A stretch of 64,000 nt of DNA, taken from assembly GCA_951406725.2 (NCBI GenBank), contig OX597828.1, positions 1,984,001-2,048,000 on the forward strand, written 5' to 3'. The stretch comes from Octopus vulgaris. Its lineage: Eukaryota. Both the position numbers and the translations under genes were made by a program. Under the pieces are notes generated by a model, which ran no database searches, was not told where the DNA came from, and worked only from the letters and a program-made list of their open reading frames with translations. This document shows positions 52,646-64,000 of the stretch, in pieces (the first letter of the stretch is position 1; every line of letters starts with the position of its first letter).

Positions 52646-55120
52646 GTTATCAGAAGATTAGATGTCTCACAGGGTAAGATTAAAAAAGAGCAAATGTGGA
52701 AAAGGAGTCTACAAAATAAAGTGAAGACTAAGATAAGATCTGAGTAGAATAGAAGCCTGGAAAACAAACAAGTTGGGAAACACAAGTTGCAAATCTTGCC
52801 TCGAGAAAATATACCAAGTCAAATAGAAAGGATTTGAGACAGTAATAGAAAAGCCGGAACAGCGTATGATAGCAGTAACAGGCAAGCTCTCCAGATATCA
52901 GAAAATAGTAGATCAGTATCAACAGAATACATTTTTTGAGACAAGAGGTGATTTTATAACCAAATAATGGAGACACTCAGCAGCTTTTGCAGATTGGACA
53001 AAATCTGAATTAGTAAAGCTAGACAGAAGTACTAGAAATTTGTTCAATATGAACGGAGGACTCCACCCAAGGGTAGGAGTAGGAACACTATAACTGCCAA
53101 GAAAGCATGATGGAAGTGGGTTAATATCAGTACAAGACTGAGTGGAATTAGCTAGAATAGACTCCTGTGTAGTTAGTAGTGTTACGGAATCCCAAAGTTG
53201 TTACGGAATCCCACCTGCCGTCGCTCGAACTCGAACCCGGGATCCTAACAAGTCGAGCGACGACGATTGACCAGGCTCGATCGATCGGAAAAAAAGTTCA
53301 CCACGGAACTCAGAGAGGAGAGAGATAACAACAACAACAACAGCAGCAGGAAGAGATACAGAGAAAGACACACAGAGGCAATCGGCTACATTTAACAACT
53401 AGTTTATATGACTATTACAACAAATACAATGTGATACATCAGGTAAATACAAGCAACAGAGTCAACATCATGCAGATGCAATATAACAACAGCATTTAAA
53501 GAAAACAACAAATCAATACATTATACAATGTTCATGTCACAAATAATTCACATTATAATTAACGTACACATTAACGATACAGTTCAGAGTTCTTTTCAGT
53601 CTTTAAAGACTATATCAGAGTCTTTCTTTTCCACAACAATTCTGAACATAAATGCCACAACTCTTTCCTTCTTTTTCTTCACATTAATTCTTTAACACAA
53701 TGTCTTTATACATTTCTTTTCCAGCCTTTTAGCACTGTTCTTTATAACACATCAACAAGTCCTTTAAAATCTTTACAATCTCAATTCACATATCAATACA
53801 TAATTAAACACATATCGTACAACAGCCAATGCCTCACACCGTAGTCCATCTCTATTAGCTGCTTAATCCTATTGCATGTCTTCCTCAACCCCTCATCCTC
53901 TCACTCTACTGTCATACTCTCGCCTGTCATCTCTCATGACTGTGTGTCTGTCTTTCTCGTAATCCCGTCCGCCATGTTACTACCCCAATCTCTCGGCTGG
54001 AACTGATCTACAGACTCACAGCTCCTTTTTATAAGATAGTTTCTTTGACCCTTCCTTGACCGGCAAAAGGGGAGGGGTCCTTCCAAAAGCCATCACTCTT
54101 TCTAGAACAAAGGACTATAACTTTGTATTCCAGACTTTCAGACTCCACCCCAAGCAAAGTAGGTCAAGAAGTACTGTGAACTATTCACAACAATAGTGAA
54201 GAAAGTTTATTAAAAGCTGCTAGAGTCATAGCAAGACATAGGGAAACTAAAAACACAAACAAAGTTAAAAACCAGAAAAAAAGAAGAGAAATTATCTGAC
54301 TGGCAGGAGAAGGTGTTGCATGGTAGATTCCCAAAGATATTTACAGTGAATAGTGGTAGTGAAACATGGTTATGGCTAGAGAAAGAAAAGCTGAAGAGGG
54401 AGGCGGAAAGTTTGTTAGTAGCTGCGTAAGATCAAGCATTGACGACTAATTGGATAAAAGCCATAATAGACAAAACTAAGTAGATTTCTATTGTAGATTA
54501 TACAAATCAAAAGAGGAAAGCGTTGCTCACATAGTAAGTGAATGTAGCTTGCTGGCAAAGAAAGACTACAAGAAAAGACATGACAATCTAGGGAGAGTAA
54601 TCCACAGGGGGTTATGTAGAAAGCTATGGTTTGAACATACTAATATATGGTATGGATATGAACCTAGGAAAGTAGTAGAAAGTAAGAAATATAAGATGTT
54701 GGAATAAACATTCAGACTGAGAGTAATAGAATCTAGAAGGTCTGATTTGGTAGTGGTAGTAGTATATAAAGAGAGTAGAAAGTGCCAGATAATTGACTTT
54801 ACAGTCCGAACTGATGAAAACATTAAAATGAGAAGTATAGAAGATATAGCAAAGTACCGGGACCCAGGTATTGAATTACAGAGTATTGAATCACAGTAAA
54901 ATGTATCCCAATAGTTACAGGTGCATTTGGAACTTAACTTAAAGATCTGAACAAATGAATAGAGGAAATAGGCATAAAACCTAGTTTAGTACAACTCCAG
55001 AAAACAGTATTATTAGGGACAGCTAGGATGCTTAGGAGGGTTCTTGGCATCTGAGATTATTTGTTGTAGCCCGATGTTACGATCTATTTTCTTTTCCAAC
55101 AGCCTAATTTGTTGAATGTA
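52646..55120 (+). mobile_element. R4/Dong-like element, copy 2 (old, deleted, interrupted by a solo LTR)
   Basis: MNGGLHPR (~53048), WQEKVLHGRF, EESVAHIVSEC, YKKRHDNLG, QKTVLLGTARMLRRVLGI*. Followed by (TAA)n. Confidence 0.85.
53180..54192 (-). mobile_element. Probable solo LTR (~1 kb)
   Basis: Termini TGTT...AACA. Flanks GTAG/ATAG (imperfect 4-bp TSD). LINE coding sequence resumes on both sides. TATAAAA on the minus strand at ~54027-54033. Confidence 0.65.
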
Positions 55121-55125
55121 TATGA

Positions 55126-58237
<3,112 letters not shown>

Positions 58238-58344
58238 TATAAAGGATTGAGGTAACTCCTCCTGAAGATATAGAGTCAAAAGTAAAAGAAGAGTGCCATT
58301 GTTTTCACTAGATAACAATGGTACTCTTCATTTAATGTTGACTT

Positions 58345-58360
58345 AATAATGATAATAATA

Positions 58361-58413
<53 letters not shown>

Positions 58414-58427
58414 AATGATGATGATGA
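58345..58427. repeat. (TAA)/(TGA)n microsatellite
   Basis: Direct reading. Confidence 0.95.
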
Positions 58428-58439
58428 ATCAAGCATTGT

Positions 58440-58808
58440 AAATGAAAGAAAGCTTTAAGTGAGAATATCTCAGAAATACCAGTTTAAGTATGGGAAGTAG
58501 ACTCAATGGAAAAAACAAAATCAGAGCAATGAACCCATGGGCTGATTCCTTAATGCGTTACGGCACAAGTGTTGTTAGGTGGACAAAGAACGAGGTTGAG
58601 GAAATGGACAGGAAAATTAGAAAAGTGATGACAACAAGGATTTACACCCCAAAAGGCGATACTGGCAGACTATATGTGCCTAGAAATAGGAGTGGAAGAG
58701 GTCTCATAGGATGCAAGATCTGCGTTGTCAACGAGAACAATCTGGGATGGTACATCAAGCAGCAGAGTGAATCTTTGCTTGCCGCTGTTAGAATTAACAA
58801 TATAATAA
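58440..58808 (+). mobile_element. R4/Dong-like fragment, copy 4
   Basis: SRLNGKNKIRAMN.W...RYG...WTKNEVEEMDRKIRK...RLYVPRNRSGRGLI. Confidence 0.85.
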
Positions 58809-58809
58809 C

Positions 58810-59988
58810 TTAGATAGGTTTCGGCCAGTATAGGCCCAGGCTATGTCTAACTTAATCGCACCAACTGGTGAAGTCTTTTAGATCGTGATTCACACCTCAG
58901 TCATATATATTACACCATGACCCACACTAGCAAAGAGTTTTTATTGTTAGAAACATATCCGGGGTTAGGAGGTTCGTCCGGGAATTTTTGGAGAAATTTG
59001 TTCAGAGAACTTTTGAATCTTATGAGATCTGTTTCTGTTTTGATATATTTTGGTATAATATTAAAGAGAGCTGTGCCGGTTGAGGTAAAATAATTGTGTC
59101 GTATATTGTGTCTTGAGTTCGATTTTGGTAGTGGGCGGTGAGCACGGGGACCAAGTCTTGGGTGGATTTTAAAACTGATGCCAACATCATTTGTGAAATA
59201 TTTATGGAATATTTCCACATCACACAAATGATGTAGCGCTTACGGCGGCGTTGGAGAGAGTAGAGATTGAGTTTTTTAGTCGACCCCAGTAGTCAAATCT
59301 CGTCATGCCGTCTATTTTTCTTGTTATTGACCTCTAGAGTGCTTCAACTTTCATAATGCTTTGCTTCGTGTGGGGAGACCACAGTGGGCAACAATATTCA
59401 AAGTGGGGTCGGGAAAAAGTAGAGTAGATAAGGATGATGGTGTGAGCATCTCTAGACCAGAAAGTTTTCAGAATCTAGGAGTGCTCCTTGCGGGTCAAAT
59501 CAACCTTACTGTTTACGTGGGAATTCCAGTTTAGATTGTTATCAACAATTACCCCAAGGCCTCTGGTATTCTTGGATGACACTAGGAAGAACGCCCGAAG
59601 GAAGGGCATATGGAAGGAAGTTTCAGAGTATCCTCTTTTCTGAGTTGGACCAAATTAAACTTGTCTTCATTTAGAAGCATATTTTTCTTTTCCGCCAATT
59701 GGACAACAGAAAACAGATCCAGCTGAAGGCATGTTCGGTCAACCACACCGTTTATGGTCTTCTGGAGCTTGGAATCATCTGCCAAGGTGTTTAATATACA
59801 ATGTTTGATGACGTCTACTATGTTATTGATGTAGATAATGAAGAAGAGTGGGCCCAACACAGTACTTTGTGGGATACCAATACTGGCTTTGGCTGAGGTT
59901 GATCAGATTCCCTCAACCACAACATGTTGGGTTCGGCTCGTTAGAAAACACTTTATCCACTACAGCAGCTTTTCATGAACTCCAATAG
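58810..59988 (-). mobile_element. CR1/Jockey-group LINE 3' fragment (RT)
   Basis: Minus strand GIPQSTVLGPLFFIIYIN, ADDSKL, LGVIVDNNLNW, RPHFEYCCPLWSP, LYSLQRRR, FKSSLNKFLQKFPDEP. 3' stem GGCC-TATACT-GGCC. Confidence 0.9.
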
Positions 59989-60485
59989 GAACGTGCATTT
60001 GTTCGCGCAAGTACATCAGCTGCTGCGATTGATATTACGCGTACGCGAGAAAAATGCACGTGCAGTTTGCGCAAAAAAATCATCATGCTTTTCAATCTAG
60101 ATTTACCTCCAGCTAACTCATTTGCATGCATTGTTTTTGTCCTCCTTTTCTTCCGTCAACCTGTACATAACTGCACCTTTCATTTTTTGTTGTTTTTGTG
60201 CTGCTAAAGGCACGTTTCTTTCCTGCCAAGCTTACTGTTTAAACCATGTTTGTGTTCTCCCAGTCAACAGTCTTATCATTACTGGCACTTTAAACTCTTC
60301 GGTTGCATATTTGTGTGAATAAAATCGTTTTCTTTGGAATAGAAAAAAGTCTATCTTTATTTCTTCTTTTGCTGGAGTCTCAAATTTAGGTTAAATCAGT
60401 GTTTCTCAAAGGGGATGCCTATGGGACGGTCGGACAAGTTGTTTTGAGAAAATTTGGTTTAAACGTTTGACAACTCAGCACCTTG

Positions 60486-60548
<63 letters not shown>

Positions 60549-61016
60549 GTCTGTAAAGTTTAATTTTCTTCAATATTTCCTTGCCATCCAAATAGGGTTG
60601 TACCTATCAATAATACTTTGTAATAATGCATTCGAGCGACGTACCATGAAAGGCAGTTACTCCTGCACCTCAGTAGGAAATCCATAACATATTAATCATT
60701 ATACCTTTATACTCGGATTTACTAATATATTCAAAAAAATAAATGATAAAAGTATTTTCAACAATTTTATCTTCATTAGTCCATTTGATCATGCACGAAG
60801 ATAAACCATTTTTACTATGTAAGATATATTTTATTAGTCTTTGTGTAAACAAGGATTACTATTAGTCAACCTAAGGAATAGTCGAACATAAAAAAATAAT
60901 TGGAAAAGGCAAACCAAAAGTAAAGACCGAAGATAACTCAAATAACTGAATTAATATTGTAATTAGCGCGTAAAAATCCTAGGAGATTCTTTTACCATTC
61001 CTTTTAAATTATACAG

Positions 61017-61145
61017 GGGAGTGTGTATTCAATATAATGTGCAGAGAAAATATAATGTGCAGAGAAAATGAATGATTTTTTGTTGAAAAAAAATAATCAT
61101 TTATCGATTTACTATTGATTGAAATTATATTGAATACACACTCCC
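61017..61145. repeat. Short fold-back with perfect 22-bp arms
   Basis: GGGAGTGTGTATTCAATATAAT / ATTATATTGAATACACACTCCC. The spacer has a tandem TATAATGTGCAGAGAAAA twice. Confidence 0.85.
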
Positions 61146-61824
61146 TTGACCTTCATGTTATTGTGTAATATATTTTTCATCAACAACAAAAAAGTGTTAA
61201 AACTTCCAATTAAAGATTTTTGTACAAGGAGTATAATTGCTACACCAAAGCAATTTCTGTAATGTAATCAATTACTAACATCTTCATTTTATAATATTTC
61301 AGCTCTATGCTTCTAATTTTCTACGATTTTCCTATTTAAATTTCTATATTTTTCCTAATTTTCATATTTTCGGAAGTTGCCATTGAAGTTACTATAGTAA
61401 AAAGATATTAAAATACATAATTAACAAAATATTTTAATTTTGAATATCAAACATTTCCTTACAAAGGTAATTCATCGTTTATTTTCGGTAATTTATCCTA
61501 TCTCAACTGATAAAATTGTTTTTAAACATCCAGATTATATATCTTTAATATTTTATCTCTTCGAATTCAATCAGCGTATTCATTCACTTCCTCGTATATA
61601 ATATTTACGTTTCAAAAGTGTCAAATAGAGCTCAAATACGATCCCACTAACTTTAGTTAAAATTTTTTTTCAGCCTCATACATCGATGTTCAGCCAATGC
61701 TGGCAATTTTAACTTCTCGCTTTAATCCCTTAATGAACTATTTTAATCTGCAATGCTGATTTAAGTTTATAATTAATAAGTCCCAGCCGAGACACTCACA
61801 CACACACATGCATGTACACACACA

Positions 61825-61865
<41 letters not shown>

Positions 61866-62032
61866 GCGCATAAACATGGTCAGTACAATTTTCTTTGAAA
61901 TATTTAGAAATCAAAGGTGTAGAGCAATAGAAATACAAGTCGGGACTAAAACATTTTGTATATTTGAATTAAATTCCTGTGCGTGTTTAATTCAGATGTA
62001 TGTCATACATACATGCATACATACATACATGA

Positions 62033-62068
<36 letters not shown>

Positions 62069-62127
62069 GTGTGTGTGTATGTGTACGTATGTATGTATGT
62101 ATGTATGTATGTATGTATGTATGTATG

Positions 62128-62158
<31 letters not shown>

Positions 62159-62340
62159 AAAGGGCTTAGTAAAATAAATTACTTTGCCGCATACTGAACT
62201 CATTAGAAATAGCAGCTAAAAAAACTTTTTTAAAACTATCTCCAATACTTAAAGAAAACCTCTCTCATATAGTGTTTGCTCAATTCAACCCACGAAAGTA
62301 TGGGGGTAGAGACATTAAAAAATCAAATGCAAAGGTTATT

Positions 62341-62393
62341 TGAGAACGTACGTTTCAAGATTAGTCAAAATCGACACTTCTATCATCAGCTCA
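62341..62393 (-). ncRNA. Type-I hammerhead ribozyme, left-arm copy
   Basis: Reverse complement of 63342-63394. Confidence 0.8.
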
Positions 62394-63341
62394 GAACTCC
62401 CTGGTTTGGATTTGAAAACACTGAAAGTGGGAGCATACCCTTTCGGCCTGTTATCGCTTCTGAAGATCTGCTCAAAACTAACAGTGCTAGCAAATTCAAA
62501 TATGCAAGCGAAGAATTTCTGCTCTCCCCTTTCCACCAGCGTGGGTTAAAATCAGTAAACACTATGCTTTTTTCGGTAAAATCCGAGGCATTATATAGAG
62601 AGAGATGAATTATAATTTCAACAATTGAGGGTAAAATTAATTAATTAATCAATTTCACCAAGTATTCAGTATACAAAGGGACCATTTAAGGCGAATTCAA
62701 ATTATTACATTATATAAAAGGGCTTAGTAAAATAAATTACTTTGCCGCATACTGAACTCATTAGAAATAGCAGCTAAAAAAACTTTTTTAAAACTATCTC
62801 CAATACTTAAAGACTAATCTTGAAACGTACGTTCTCAAATAACCTTTGCATTTGATTTTTTAATGTCTCTACCCCCATACTTTCGTGGGTTGAATTGAGC
62901 AAACACTATATGAGAGAGGTTTTCTTTAAGTATTGGAGATAGTTTTAAAAAAGTTTTTTTAGCTGCTATTTCTAATGAGTTCAGTATGCGGCAAAGTAAT
63001 TTATTTTACTAAGCCCTTTTATATAATGTAATAATTTGAATTCGCCTTAAATGGTCCCTTTGTATACTGAATACTTGGTGAAATTGATTAATTAATTAAT
63101 TTTACCCTCAATTGTTGAAATTATAATTCATCTCTCTCTATATAATGCCTCGGATTTTACCGAAAAAAGCATAGTGTTTACTGATTTTAACCCACGCTGG
63201 TGGAAAGGGAGAGCAGAAATTCTTCGCTTGCATATTTGAATTTGCTAGCACTGTTAGTTTTGAGCAGATCTTCAGAAGCGATAACAGGCCGAAAGGGTAT
63301 GCTCCCACTTTCAGTGTTTTCAAATCCAAACCAGGGAGTTC

Positions 63342-63394
63342 TGAGCTGATGATAGAAGTGTCGATTTTGACTAATCTTGAAACGTACGTTCTCA
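63342..63394 (+). ncRNA. Type-I hammerhead ribozyme, right-arm copy
   Basis: Stem I UGAG/CUCA, core CUGAUGA, stem II U-AGA..GUC-GAUUUU-GAC..UCU-U, GAAA, palindromic stem III AACGUACGUU. Triplet GUU, predicted cut after 63390. Confidence 0.8.
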
Positions 63395-63673
63395 AATAAC
63401 CTTTGCATTTGATTTTTTAATGTCTCTACCCCCATACTTTCGTGGGTTGAATTGAGCAAACACTATATGAGAGAGGTTTTCTTTAAGTATTGGAGATAGT
63501 TTTAAAAAAGTTTTTTAGCTGCTATTTCTAATGAGTTCAGTATGCGGCAAAGTAATTTATTTTACTAAGCCCTTTTATATAATGTAATAATTTGAATTCG
63601 CCTTAAATGGTCCCTTTGTATACTGAATACTTGGTGAAATTGATTAATTAATTAATTTTACCCTCAATTGTTG

Positions 63674-63714
<41 letters not shown>

Positions 63715-63719
<5 letters not shown>

Positions 63720-64000
63720 AAATCAAAAGTGCAAACACGACGTAACCCGAAGAAATTCAAAGCTAGCTTAATCCAAGGTTAGAGAAAGGAAATCCAAGAA
63801 TCAGGTTCTCCAAATCAGTCGGAAGGATTTAGAGGATCGCTGTGAAATGTGCGGTAATAGTTACATCAAACATTAAAAGCTGAGCAATAACAATGGAACA
63901 TAACAATAACGATAAGAAGACGTGCATTTGAAACTTATTAGCTTGACGCTCAGTAAAGGGAGAAAAAAGAGATTAGGCTCTTGATGTTTTGAGCGTAGCT
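63715..64000 (-). mobile_element. pLTR-like repeat related to 36205-36340, running off the window end
   Basis: Minus strand AGCTACGCTCAAAACATCAAGAG (3' half of an HHR-like motif), then TCCCTTTACTGAGCGTC (cf. TCCTTTGCTGAGCGTC at ~36252). Ends at (TA)n. Confidence 0.55.

Larger units (their letters stand above)
62151..63680. mobile_element. Tandem and inverted array of a ~557-bp non-coding hammerhead-bearing unit (retrozyme/Penelope pLTR-like)
   Basis: Left arm 62151-62811 repeats with period 558. Right arm 62812-63680 is the reverse complement with period 557. Copies are nearly identical. Both outer ends abut (TA)n. Confidence 0.85.

Noticed and set aside
62276-63459. Repeated 66-110 aa ORFs in the HHR array
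   Set aside because: No recognisable domain, non-ATG starts, and the frames differ between copies after a 1-nt indel.

Overview
AT-rich, microsatellite-dense eukaryotic DNA made almost entirely of transposable-element debris. The SINE types and the (TA)n/(TACA)n/(TAA)n load suggest an octopod cephalopod genome (inference). No intact host gene is evident; there are only two weak candidate exons. Recognisable elements: a HERO/NeSL-like RLE non-LTR fragment; a Chapaev3-like transposase relic; non-autonomous Helitrons; several mariner/Tc1 copies, one a fold-back of two 3' halves; a Tx1/L1-like element that splits a SINE head with a 15-bp TSD; a stack of R4/Dong-like LINEs in (TAA)n tracts, one carrying a solo LTR; a CR1-like RT fragment; and Penelope-like RT and GIY-YIG relics. 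The strongest signal is a set of minimal type-I hammerhead ribozyme (HHR) motifs from several families, mostly next to (TA)n. One is a ~557-bp non-coding HHR-bearing unit arranged as tandem arrays joined head-to-head (62151-63680), a retrozyme/Penelope pseudo-LTR-like structure that suggests a multimeric or circular RNA template.
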